Shown here: one piece after another, positions 1-8,718 of the stretch | How positions within the stretch are numbered: position 1 is the first letter of the stretch | How the letters are laid out: every line of letters begins with the position of its first letter | Source of the DNA: an uncultured Clostridia bacterium | GTDB taxonomy: Bacteria > Bacillota > Clostridia > Christensenellales > UBA3700 | Direction: 5' to 3' | Length of the DNA: 64,000 bases | Assembly: GCA_937880755.1 (NCBI GenBank) | Contig: CALGRX010000017.1 | Span: 26,737 to 90,736 of the forward strand | Translations under genes and position numbers: made by a program | The notes under the pieces: generated by a model | Told to the model about the DNA's origin: nothing | Database searches by the model: none | Seen by the model: the letters and a program-made list of their open reading frames with translations, nothing else

Positions 1-1
1 T

Positions 2-1681
2 AAGTTTATGGGGAATAAGTTTACTGAAAGTAACATTTGCAAGTGGATAGATAAGGTGGATGGCACCTTTGGTGTGGTAAAATACGATAAACGCACGAAG
101 TTCTTCGACGGTAAAATGGTGCAAAGTAGTTATCAATTTATCAACACTTTGGGTTTTAATGAAGAGCAAGTAGAAAAATTATTAAAGCCAAGCAAAGACT
201 ATTTAACTACGATTAGGGAAGATTACGATTTTATGCGCTATCATTATAGTAAAGCGTATAAAGGAGAAAAAGAAGAAGATAGAGAAGAAACGGCAGACGG
301 TTTAGAAGAAAGAAGTAAAGTTATTTTTGCTTTAATGAAAATCAATTACGATTTTAAGGATACTTTACTTTATTATAATTTTAGAGACAAGGTAGTTAAA
401 GCGCAAAAAGATAGATTAAAGCAAGGACATATTCTCTTGCCGGGAACAAATGCAACATTGTTTGGAAATGGACCTGAATTGTTATTAGCATTGTCGGGCG
501 AATTTGATTTACATAACAAGGATAATCAATCGGATATTTTGGATAAAGGCGAAATTGCTTGCAAAAAGTTTGAAAACGGCGAAAAGTTGGTTTGCGCGCG
601 TTCTCCACATATTACAATGGGTAATTTATATTGCGCAACAAATAATATATCAAATAGCATTTGGGATTATTTCGATTTGGGCGAGAATATCGTTTGCGTA
701 AATGCGATAGGCGAGAATATTCAACAACGCTTAAATGGTTGTGATTACGATTCGGACGCTATGCTTATCACGAACGATAAACTTATTGTAGAGACGGCGT
801 TTAATCAAAAAGACTTGTTCAAAGTTCCCGTATGTAGTATTGAGTCTGACGGCAAAAGAAAACCAATCCTTTCGGAATTAGATTATAATACGAGCGAAAA
901 CAAGATAGGCGAAATAGTAAATTTATCTCAAAAACTAAATAGTGTTTTATGGGACAAGTTAAGCCGTGGCTATGATTATGAAAGCATACAAGGTATTTAC
1001 GAAGACGTGTGTAAGCTTGCGGTACTTTCGGGTATTGAAATAGATAAGGCAAAGCGTGCATACGATAAGGTTAACGTCTCAAAAGAAATCAGTAAAATCA
1101 CGAAGAAACATAGTGTTGTTGCTCCTGAATTCTTCAGAGAGATAGATTTTGATTATGGCGTAAAAGAAAGACAATATGCTTTTTACAATACTCCTATGGA
1201 ATACGTTTATAAAAGCGTTCAAGATATTGATTATCGAAAAGGTAAAGAGAAAGAGATAGAATATATGCCTATTTCTAATATGTTAAAAGTGCCTGCGCCG
1301 AAATCCACGTCCACCGTTTATGAGCATAGAGATAAAGTGGTTGCTATTTGTAAAGAGTTTGAGAAGAAGTTAGACTATTTGTATAGCGAACTTAGGCGTG
1401 CTGACGATGACGAAAAGGAAGTTATTTACACAAGGATAAAACAAACGAAAGATGAGCGCAACGAACAAGTAAACGAACTGCTTTCCGAAGAATACATTTT
1501 ATATTTAGTATTGAAAGAGTATGAAAAAACTACGGGAGAGAATTGGCATCTTTACGCTCCGCTCCTTGAAAACGAACTCTTTAAGGGTATGTTAAAGATG
1601 AGCAAAGAAAAAATGCAAAAGGTTGCTCCAAAAGATGATGGCGAATACGATTTGTACGGCTTAAAATTTGCAAAAATCTAA
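2..1681 (+). CDS. YonO-like / RdRP-like double-psi-beta-barrel single-subunit RNA polymerase, C-terminal part (5' partial)
   Basis: The frame is open to the window edge. ARSPHITMGNLY...VCVNAIGENIQQRLNGCDYDSDAMLITND (DYDSD at 743-757) resembles the DxDxD metal loop and flanking strands of YonO / eukaryotic-type RdRP polymerases. Recognised from memory only. Confidence 0.5.
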   Translation, partial: KFMGNKFTESNICKWIDKVDGTFGVVKYDKRTKFFDGKMVQSSYQFINTLGFNEEQVEKLLKPSKDYLTTIREDYDFMRYHYSKAYKGEKEEDREETADGLEERSKVIFALMKINYDFKDTLLYYNFRDKVVKAQKDRLKQGHILLPGTNATLFGNGPELLLALSGEFDLHNKDNQSDILDKGEIACKKFENGEKLVCARSPHITMGNLYCATNNISNSIWDYFDLGENIVCVNAIGENIQQRLNGCDYDSDAMLITNDKLIVETAFNQKDLFKVPVCSIESDGKRKPILSELDYNTSENKIGEIVNLSQKLNSVLWDKLSRGYDYESIQGIYEDVCKLAVLSGIEIDKAKRAYDKVNVSKEISKITKKHSVVAPEFFREIDFDYGVKERQYAFYNTPMEYVYKSVQDIDYRKGKEKEIEYMPISNMLKVPAPKSTSTVYEHRDKVVAICKEFEKKLDYLYSELRRADDDEKEVIYTRIKQTKDERNEQVNELLSEEYILYLVLKEYEKTTGENWHLYAPLLENELFKGMLKMSKEKMQKVAPKDDGEYDLYGLKFAKI

Positions 1682-1715
1682 CAAAAATCCATAATACGAT
1701 TATAAACAAGAGTTT

Positions 1716-1751
1716 TACCCCTTATACATAGTATAAGGGGTATTTTATTTT
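1716..1751 (+). terminator. Rho-independent terminator after the polymerase gene
   Basis: 12-bp perfect stem TACCCCTTATAC/GTATAAGGGGTA with a 3-nt loop, followed by TTTTATTTT. Confidence 0.8.
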
Positions 1752-1838
1752 GAGTAGTTTTTGTTATGCTATCCCGATTGGACAAGGAGGTCGGGAAAGA
1801 TAATCTACAATATCTATTTTTTTACGGAGGAATTGCCG

Positions 1839-3125
1839 ATGGCAAAAATGGAACAGATTACAACGAAAACTAAAATTGCAGGCTACGAAAAAGAAGTGGC
1901 ACAGTTAGAACAATTAAAAGACTTTCTTCACAATGCGGAGAAATACGCAAATTGTGGGGTACATATTCCCAAAGGGGTACTGCTTTACGGATATCCCGGT
2001 GTGGGTAAAACGGTAATGGCAAAGTCCATTGCTGACGAACATATTAACATCGTTGAACTTCGCGCGGCAGATTGCACGAGAGATAATTCGGAAGAGTTTA
2101 TCCAAGAAGCATTTGCTAAAGCAAAAGAAATGAAACCGTGCCTTTTGCTTATTGATGAGTTTGATAAAATTGCAGGTTGTCGTGATGAATTTTATATGGA
2201 AATGAACGACAAAGCAATGAAAATTCTTCTTCAAGAACTTGATTCGCTTAAGGAAGAAAACGGAGTGTTGGTCGTTGCCACTTGTAATGATATTCGTCGT
2301 CTTGGTCCTGCGCTCGTTCGCTCGGGCAGATTTGATAGAATCTTCGAGATTGGCTTGCCATCACTTGAAGACAGAAAGAAAATCTTAAGCCTTTATTACG
2401 ATAAGATTACGATGGAAAAGAGTCTTGACGTGGATTACGTGGCGAGAGTAACTTCGGGATATTCAGGCGCACAACTTGAATGCCTTGTAAATGAATCGGG
2501 TATCCTTGCGATTGAAAGGGGGCAAGCGAGTATTGATTTTGATTGTTTCCAAACGGCGATGAATAGACTTGCTTTCCACGGTATAGAAGGGGAAATTAAG
2601 GACAACGAAAAGCATTTGGTTGCAGTTCACGAAGCGGGACACGCAATCGTTGCATTGTACTTAAAACCAGATAAATTATCGACGGCAACGATTATTCCGC
2701 AAGGTCAATCTAAAGGTCATACTCATATGATTTACGAAGAAGAAATCTATTGCTCAAAAAATAATGACGGTATAGACGATATCGCAATTGCTCTTGGCGG
2801 TAGAGTGGCTGAAATTATTGAATTTGGCGAAGCATCTTGTGGATGCTCAAACGATATGAGACAAGCTATAATGAGTCTTGATTTTATGATAACCGAAGGC
2901 GGTAAATTTGGATATGAGTATTTGCTTGATTTCTCTCGTCGTGGGGTTATTTCAGATTCGCAAGGCGAAAAAGTTATTGCAAAGCGAGTGGAAGTCTTAA
3001 ACGAAACGCACGAAAAAGTAAAGAATATCATTTTAGAACATAAAGGGGTATTCGATAAAATCGTGAGTGCATTAGAAACGAAACATCTTTTAAGTCGTGA
3101 CGAACTCTTAAAAATGGTAGCTTAA
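1839..3125 (+). CDS. Soluble FtsH-like AAA+ ATPase fused to an M41-type zinc metalloprotease (no transmembrane anchor)
   Basis: Walker A GYPGVGKT, Walker B LLLIDEFD, and the HEAGHA zinc site at 2628-2642. No hydrophobic N-terminus. ATG 1839 has GGAGG 8 nt upstream and is preferred over the track start 1761. Confidence 0.75.
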   Translation: MAKMEQITTKTKIAGYEKEVAQLEQLKDFLHNAEKYANCGVHIPKGVLLYGYPGVGKTVMAKSIADEHINIVELRAADCTRDNSEEFIQEAFAKAKEMKPCLLLIDEFDKIAGCRDEFYMEMNDKAMKILLQELDSLKEENGVLVVATCNDIRRLGPALVRSGRFDRIFEIGLPSLEDRKKILSLYYDKITMEKSLDVDYVARVTSGYSGAQLECLVNESGILAIERGQASIDFDCFQTAMNRLAFHGIEGEIKDNEKHLVAVHEAGHAIVALYLKPDKLSTATIIPQGQSKGHTHMIYEEEIYCSKNNDGIDDIAIALGGRVAEIIEFGEASCGCSNDMRQAIMSLDFMITEGGKFGYEYLLDFSRRGVISDSQGEKVIAKRVEVLNETHEKVKNIILEHKGVFDKIVSALETKHLLSRDELLKMVA

Positions 3126-3133
3126 ATTGAACA

Positions 3134-3170
3134 AGGGTGAGCTTGAACAAGGCTCGCCCTAATTATTTTA
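3134..3170 (+). terminator. Rho-independent terminator after the FtsH-like gene
   Basis: AGGGTGAGC / GCTCGCCCT stem (one G-U pair) followed by AATTATTTTATT. It overlaps the track start 3137, which argues for the 3206 start of the next gene. Confidence 0.6.
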
Positions 3171-3205
3171 TTAAAGTGGCACAGTTATTTTTCGGGAGGA
3201 TACAA

Positions 3206-3541
3206 ATGAAAAATTATATTTATTGTACAACCACTGCAAAAGGTGAACAAACCTTTTATTTAATGGCACAAGGAACAAAATTCTTTCTCTTTGTGCAAGC
3301 ATATAGAAGAAGTAATAAAGAAGTTTTTGAACAAGGAATTTCTTTATACGATTTAAGAAAACTAAAAAAGCAGTGTAGTTATAGCGTAAGGCATACGGCG
3401 GAGAAAATCCCTGCGCATATACGCTATATTGAACAAGAATATGGTATTTCCGTTATGGAAATGACCAAACGTAAGCAATCTAATTGGAAAAACAAGAAGA
3501 GATTTATAGTAAACAATTCTTTTGATTGGGAGGTTGCGTAA
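3206..3541 (+). CDS. Hypothetical 111-aa protein, translationally coupled to the ADP-ribosylglycohydrolase gene
   Basis: GGGAGG lies 6 nt upstream of ATG 3206. The stop TAA at 3539-3541 abuts ATG 3542. I recognise no family. Confidence 0.55.
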   Translation: MKNYIYCTTTAKGEQTFYLMAQGTKFFLFVQAYRRSNKEVFEQGISLYDLRKLKKQCSYSVRHTAEKIPAHIRYIEQEYGISVMEMTKRKQSNWKNKKRFIVNNSFDWEVA

Positions 3542-4375
3542 ATGATAGGAGCAATTATTGGAGATATCGTTGGTAGTAGATTTGAGTTTGTGGAAGATGG
3601 AAATCGTGGTAAGGATTTTGCGTTATTTGCAAGCGGATGTCGTTTTACGGACGATAGTTTAATGACGCTTGCCGTTACAAAATCATTACTGCTTAGTAAA
3701 GGGAATTACGATAATTTAGGAGAATTAACTACTCAAATAATGAAAGATATAGCTAAACCCTATCCGAGAATCGGATGGGGTGCTATGTTTTATAAATGGT
3801 TGTTTGAAAGAAGTGTTCCTTATAATAGTTATGGAAATGGGGCAGGTATGAGAATAAGCCCTGTTGGTTGGGTTGCTGAAACGGAAGAGGAAGTAAAAAT
3901 GCTTTCTAAAAAGGTGACGGAAATTTCGCATAATCATCCCGACGGAATAAAGGGCGCGGAAGCGATTGCTATGGCGGTATATCTTGCAAGAATCGGCAAA
4001 GATAAGGCTTATATTCGCGAAAGAATGAGTGAGTATTATCCAAAGTTGAAAGATAAATACTTTGCTATTAAATGGTTGATGGGGAATTACGGGTATGACG
4101 ATTGGGGCGCTTGGGTGACTTGTGAAGGGAGTATTCCACACGCTATTGTTGCGTTTTTAGACGGAGAAAACTTTGAAGACGTAATTCGTAATGCCGTTGG
4201 TATCGGTGGGGATTCTGATACAATCGGCGCGATGGCAGGAAGTATTGCCGAAGCGTATTATGGCGTTCCTATCGATTTGGAAGAAAAAGCATTAAGTTAT
4301 CTTCCTGAACACTTACAGGGATTGTGCCACGCTTTTAGGATGATAAAGAAGAAAAGAATACATATAAAGCAATAA
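3542..4375 (+). CDS. ADP-ribosylglycohydrolase family protein (DraG/ARH-like)
   Basis: The N-terminal MIGAIIGDIVGSRFEF and the segment GGDSDTIGAMAGSIAEAYYG are signature segments of the ARH family. Confidence 0.8.
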   Translation: MIGAIIGDIVGSRFEFVEDGNRGKDFALFASGCRFTDDSLMTLAVTKSLLLSKGNYDNLGELTTQIMKDIAKPYPRIGWGAMFYKWLFERSVPYNSYGNGAGMRISPVGWVAETEEEVKMLSKKVTEISHNHPDGIKGAEAIAMAVYLARIGKDKAYIRERMSEYYPKLKDKYFAIKWLMGNYGYDDWGAWVTCEGSIPHAIVAFLDGENFEDVIRNAVGIGGDSDTIGAMAGSIAEAYYGVPIDLEEKALSYLPEHLQGLCHAFRMIKKKRIHIKQ

Positions 4376-4441
4376 AAGAACAACATTATTGATATTTTTT
4401 GAAACGATAATAATATTTCTTTACTATCAACATAAAAACTG

Positions 4442-4494
4442 TTGCAAAATCTTTACTTTTGGGGTATAATATTACCATAAGAAGTAAAGATTTT
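4442..4494 (+). promoter_or_regulatory. Sigma-A-type promoter with a 13-bp perfect inverted repeat bracketing the -10 box (candidate operator for the HTH-Fic gene)
   Basis: TTGCAA (4442-4447), 17-nt spacer, TATAAT (4465-4470). The inverted repeat is AAAATCTTTACTT (4446-4458) / AAGTAAAGATTTT (4482-4494). A related half-site TCTTTACT sits at 4418-4425. Confidence 0.6.
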
Positions 4495-4511
4495 GTTTTT
4501 ATAGGTGAAAA

Positions 4512-5414
4512 ATGATAATCAATGAAGTTAAATTAAAAGAATTGCTTAAAAAGAAAGGCATTACAAAGTCAGCTCTTTGCAATGAAATTGGTATTTCTTC
4601 AAGAACTATTGCTAAAATCGGCAAAGGTGAAAATATTAACGATAAGGTTGCACAAAAGATAGCCGAGTTTTTAGGCGTAGAAAATATCGACTTGGTGGAA
4701 GACAACGGTATACTTAAAACCTTACAAGCAGAAAAGAAGTTAAAGGTTAGCGGTGGGCTTTATCACGAAACGCAAATTAAGTTAACGTATAATTCTAACC
4801 ACATAGAGGGAAGTAAATTAACGGAAGAACAAACCCGTTATATTTTCGAAACTAAAACGGTTGGCGAGTTGCCGTCTAACGTTCAAATAGATGACATTAT
4901 TGAAACGAATAATCACTTTAGGTGTATTGACTACGTTATAGATAATGCTATAGATGAGCTATCCGAAGATTTTATTTTAACTTTGCAAAAAATCTTAAAA
5001 GAAGGCACGGAGCACGCTAAAACTTACGGGGCAGGCAAGTATAAATCTTTACCGAACGTAGTAGGTGGTATAGAAACTGCAAAGCCTGCCGACGTTGCTT
5101 CCGAGATGAAGAAGCTTATCGCCTGGTATAATTCAATTAAAAAAGTTGCTTTTGAAGATATAGTTGAATTCCATTATCGTTTTGAGACGATTCACCCGTT
5201 CCAAGACGGAAATGGTAGAATTGGTCGTCTTATAGCATTTAAACAATGTTTAAAGAATAACTTTATTCCATTTTATATAGATGATGCAAACAAGTGGCTT
5301 TATTATCGTGGGCTTCGTGAATGGAAGAGCGAAAAGAACTATTTAATTGAAACATGCCGTTTTGGTCAAGACCAATATAAAATGTTATTAGATTATTTTG
5401 GTATAAAATACTAA
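4512..5414 (+). CDS. Fic-domain protein (AMPylase-type) with an N-terminal XRE-type HTH
   Basis: Exact Fic motif HPFQDGNGRIGR at 5193-5228. The N-terminal segment ELLKKKGITKSALCNEIGISSRTIAKIGKG is an HTH. Confidence 0.85.
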   Translation: MIINEVKLKELLKKKGITKSALCNEIGISSRTIAKIGKGENINDKVAQKIAEFLGVENIDLVEDNGILKTLQAEKKLKVSGGLYHETQIKLTYNSNHIEGSKLTEEQTRYIFETKTVGELPSNVQIDDIIETNNHFRCIDYVIDNAIDELSEDFILTLQKILKEGTEHAKTYGAGKYKSLPNVVGGIETAKPADVASEMKKLIAWYNSIKKVAFEDIVEFHYRFETIHPFQDGNGRIGRLIAFKQCLKNNFIPFYIDDANKWLYYRGLREWKSEKNYLIETCRFGQDQYKMLLDYFGIKY

Positions 5415-5427
5415 AGAGGGCTGAATT

Positions 5428-6339
5428 ATGTTTAAGCATTTAAGAGAAATTGATTATAAGTTATATGAACGTTATTTAACGTTGGAGAAAAATATCAAGG
5501 CAGATAGTAATTCGTTTTACGATGCTTACCTTGATTTGCAAGAGCAATTTGTAAAAGACGTTGCTGTTTTTTGTGAGTTTGATATTAAAGCAAGAGAAAC
5601 TTGTGGAGAACTTTTAAGAAGAGAAGATATAAAAAACTTCTTTAAAGATGTGCTTCGTGTGGATGATTTTACTTATACCAAAATGCAGGATTATACTTTA
5701 AAGGTTAATGCTCATAAACACAAAGGCGAGAAGAATATTCAAATAGATACGATAGTTAGCTATATGAGAATTATTTATGATGCAACAGTTTCTTTTGCTG
5801 TTTACAAACAAATTTCAGTAAAAGAGTTTGATGCTAACTATTTTATTTCGATTTTTTGTTCTTTTGAACGTGAGAATTCTGTATTAAAAACAGAGATGAT
5901 GAAACTAAAAGAAGAACTCTTGGTTTCTGTGGAAAGTGGAAGGCTGAAGGATAGCGATATCGCGGAATATAAAAGTCTACTTTCGCAGTCAGAAATAGAT
6001 AAATTAAGCTTAGAAGAACAAAACCAAGAATTACATAGACAGATTAGTAAACTAAAAGACATTAAACTTTCATCAATGGAAGAGAAGTTAAACAAAACAA
6101 TAGATTTACTACACGAATTAAGTGATAGCGTTGTAGAAAATAGGGCTGTTGCTTATGCTGCAGGTGATGCTATTTGCGGGAAGGAAAGATTCCAAAAATA
6201 CGTAGATGGAGCAAAGGAGTTATGGAAAAAGGCAAAAGCCGGCGTAGACAAGGTTAATGAAACGCTTGGGATAGGTGTTGCTGTAACTAAAGGGATAAAT
6301 GAGATAACTAAGTTATTTACGGGTGAAGAAGATGAATAG
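5428..6339 (+). CDS. Hypothetical protein: N-terminal helical domain plus C-terminal coiled coil
   Basis: Starts 13 nt after the Fic stop. It contains a KVNAHKH segment reminiscent of the N..aH motif of DUF4145/Abi-type helical domains. Residues 150-230 show heptad-like E/K/L-rich sequence. Confidence 0.5.
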   Translation: MFKHLREIDYKLYERYLTLEKNIKADSNSFYDAYLDLQEQFVKDVAVFCEFDIKARETCGELLRREDIKNFFKDVLRVDDFTYTKMQDYTLKVNAHKHKGEKNIQIDTIVSYMRIIYDATVSFAVYKQISVKEFDANYFISIFCSFERENSVLKTEMMKLKEELLVSVESGRLKDSDIAEYKSLLSQSEIDKLSLEEQNQELHRQISKLKDIKLSSMEEKLNKTIDLLHELSDSVVENRAVAYAAGDAICGKERFQKYVDGAKELWKKAKAGVDKVNETLGIGVAVTKGINEITKLFTGEEDE

Positions 6340-7120
6340 TTCAGATAATTTATACGATAGAGTGGACGGGGTAGAGTCTAAAGTAGATGATGTTTCGGCA
6401 AAAATGGATAGTCTTACGGCAAAAATTGATGGGCTATTAACGATAAAACAAACGACAACAACGACTCCTCAAACCGAAAATCCACAAGTTGTATTAAAGC
6501 GATTTATTTCAAAAGCAAAAAAAGAATATTGTTGGCTAGGTTCAGAAACTGATTTTCAAAAGGAAAAGAAAACGGCCCTAATACTTCTTGCCGCTTTAAT
6601 TGGGACAATTGTCCTTTCAATGATTTTTACGAGCATCGCTTTTGGGTTATATAGCACGTTTACGTTATTTGAAAATATTTGGCTTATTATGATGTGTTTT
6701 ATGGCTTTTTACTTGGTAAAAGCTAAGCGTTTTTATGATTGCTATGAATTTTCATTGACGAGTTGCTTTAAGTTTGAACCTGATGCGGACGGAGTGCTAC
6801 GCATGGGTGCTCCTAATAAAAAATACAAAGTATTTTTAGTCTTAACTTGTATATCTGCAATTTGCAATATTATAGTTGTTTGGATGGAAAATAAAAATGG
6901 GATGGCATTACCCGCTACGATTTTTGAATTAGCGGTTTTGGGGTTAAGTATATTTGTATTTAATTTTAAGGCATTAGATTTTTTCTATGGGTATTCGAAT
7001 TTGCGTTTTACGGGTGCAAATGAAACAACAGGGCAAAAGGTTGTTTTGATTTATGAACCGATAATGAATAAACTTTATACTGAAGAAGATTATTTAAAGC
7101 AATTTCCGTTTTGCAAATAA
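6323..7120 (+). CDS. Hypothetical membrane protein (coiled-coil N-terminus, about 4-5 TM helices)
   Basis: Overlaps the previous gene by 17 nt. Hydrophobic stretches include LILLAALIGTIVLSMIFTSIAFGLY, IWLIMMCFMAFYLV, VFLVLTCISAICNIIVVW and LAVLGLSIFVF. Confidence 0.55.
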   Translation: MKKMNSSDNLYDRVDGVESKVDDVSAKMDSLTAKIDGLLTIKQTTTTTPQTENPQVVLKRFISKAKKEYCWLGSETDFQKEKKTALILLAALIGTIVLSMIFTSIAFGLYSTFTLFENIWLIMMCFMAFYLVKAKRFYDCYEFSLTSCFKFEPDADGVLRMGAPNKKYKVFLVLTCISAICNIIVVWMENKNGMALPATIFELAVLGLSIFVFNFKALDFFYGYSNLRFTGANETTGQKVVLIYEPIMNKLYTEEDYLKQFPFCK

Positions 7121-7134
7121 AAAACGTTCTTCCC

Positions 7135-7356
7135 TTATACAGAGAAGAACGCCAAAAAGTCTATATCAAAAATTTTTGAAAGTTCTTGCAAGATACGAAT
7201 ATCGTAGATACCTTTGTTTACCCATCTTCCGATAGTGCGAACGTCAGTGCCGAATTCAAAAGCGAATTCTTCTTGCGTTTTATACTTTGAGTTTTTGATA
7301 AGACGTTTGAGATTTGCCCCAGCAACTAAGCCAGGGTCTTTGATATTTTGTTCCAT
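7135..7356 (-). CDS. XRE-family HTH transcriptional regulator
   Basis: LKRLIKNSKYKTQEEFAFEFGTDVRTIGRWVNK is a typical Cro/CI HTH. GGAGG SD upstream. It is divergent from the Abi gene. Confidence 0.7.
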   Translation of the reverse strand: MEQNIKDPGLVAGANLKRLIKNSKYKTQEEFAFEFGTDVRTIGRWVNKGIYDIRILQELSKIFDIDFLAFFSV

Positions 7357-7466
7357 AATATCTACCTCCTTTGCTTATCAAAAACGAAATGCTCCAGAGA
7401 TTTATATTAAGAACAAGTATATTATACAATAAAAACACAAAAATTACAATCGGTTTTGAGGTTTAT

Positions 7467-8210
7467 ATGAGTAAAGAGTGGTTGAAAAAAATTAAAATGA
7501 CATTAGAAGAAAGAGAAAATCTTCAAATGTGGTGTGAAAATATCGGGTATGAAAGATATGAAAAGATTTATGATTTAGTAGCATGTGTAAAACAAAATGA
7601 TTGCGTAAACTATGAAGAATTAAGAGCAATTGCAAAGTATGATTTTTCGCTTTCCGATATATTGCATTCGATGATGAAATTGGTCGAATTGCGTTTTCGT
7701 TCCTATTTAATCAATCGATATGGACCTATTAAATTAACTAAGACCGGTTATATACACGAAATAACGAGAGAACTTGGTAAAAATGAAAAAATGTTGGATT
7801 GTTCTACTTACTACGATAATAAATTAAAACCAACTACGACATTGAAAAATTTTCTTGAAGTTTCAGGTTTGGAAACGATGTTTAAGGTATTGCTAGTTTT
7901 AAGCGATGAGGAATTAAAAGCTTTTGAGCGAGATTCAAATACATTTAGAGACAATTTAACTATCATAAGGACAATGCGTAACAAAATCTCGCACGGACAA
8001 TATCTATTGGGTGAAAAGACTGAGTTAAAACAGGCTTTTATGTTGTTGTTAAAATATATGCCGACAAAGGAAACAAAGAATAGAAGAATAAACGAATTAG
8101 AAGACCTGAATAAGCGCCTTTTCTGTATAGAAAGTAATATACAAAAAGAATTAATGGAAGAGATACAAATAACATTAAACGACGACGAGCTTGAAGAAAT
8201 AGGATTATAG
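7467..8210 (+). CDS. Abi_2 (AbiD/AbiF-like) abortive-infection family protein
   Basis: YDFSLSDILHSMMKLVELRFRSYL and IIRTMRNKISHGQYL match the conserved Abi_2 blocks. ATG 7467 is preferred over the track start 7371. Confidence 0.65.
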   Translation: MSKEWLKKIKMTLEERENLQMWCENIGYERYEKIYDLVACVKQNDCVNYEELRAIAKYDFSLSDILHSMMKLVELRFRSYLINRYGPIKLTKTGYIHEITRELGKNEKMLDCSTYYDNKLKPTTTLKNFLEVSGLETMFKVLLVLSDEELKAFERDSNTFRDNLTIIRTMRNKISHGQYLLGEKTELKQAFMLLLKYMPTKETKNRRINELEDLNKRLFCIESNIQKELMEEIQITLNDDELEEIGL

Positions 8211-8286
8211 GACAAAACTTGTCCTGTTAAAAAGTTTTCGTTTCTTGTACAATGTAGTCAAGAAAAACGCAAGGAGCGAAAACAAA

Positions 8287-8718
8287 ATGGAAAAATACTT
8301 TTCAGTAAAAACAAAATGTGGACATGTTGGTAAATATCATTGTGTATGGATTAACTTTGCAATCTATGCAGAAACGGCAAAAGAGGCCGCAAGTAAAGTA
8401 AGAGAGATTGGTCGTGTAAAACGTCACCATAAAGATTTTATTAGCAGTATTGAAAAACTTGACTTTGATACATTTATGAAATTAAAAGCACAAAATGATG
8501 CAGATCCATATTTGCATTGTAAGAGTGTTCAAGAGCAGCGCGCCATAGAAGGTTTTGAAGAAAGAATCGAGCTTGATGAATATAACATTGCAAGATTTTC
8601 AAAAAAGACGACTAAGAAAGAATCGTTAGAGTTTAGGGTGAAGAGAGCGAACGCCAAAGAAAAAAGTCATAAACGAGCTTTGAAAGAATATTTTTACGAG
8701 GAGGCGATAGCATGGTAG
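8287..8718 (+). CDS. Hypothetical protein (first gene of the nucleotide-metabolism operon)
   Basis: AAGGAG SD before ATG 8287. Overlaps the nrdG start. I recognise no family. Confidence 0.5.
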   Translation: MEKYFSVKTKCGHVGKYHCVWINFAIYAETAKEAASKVREIGRVKRHHKDFISSIEKLDFDTFMKLKAQNDADPYLHCKSVQEQRAIEGFEERIELDEYNIARFSKKTTKKESLEFRVKRANAKEKSHKRALKEYFYEEAIAW

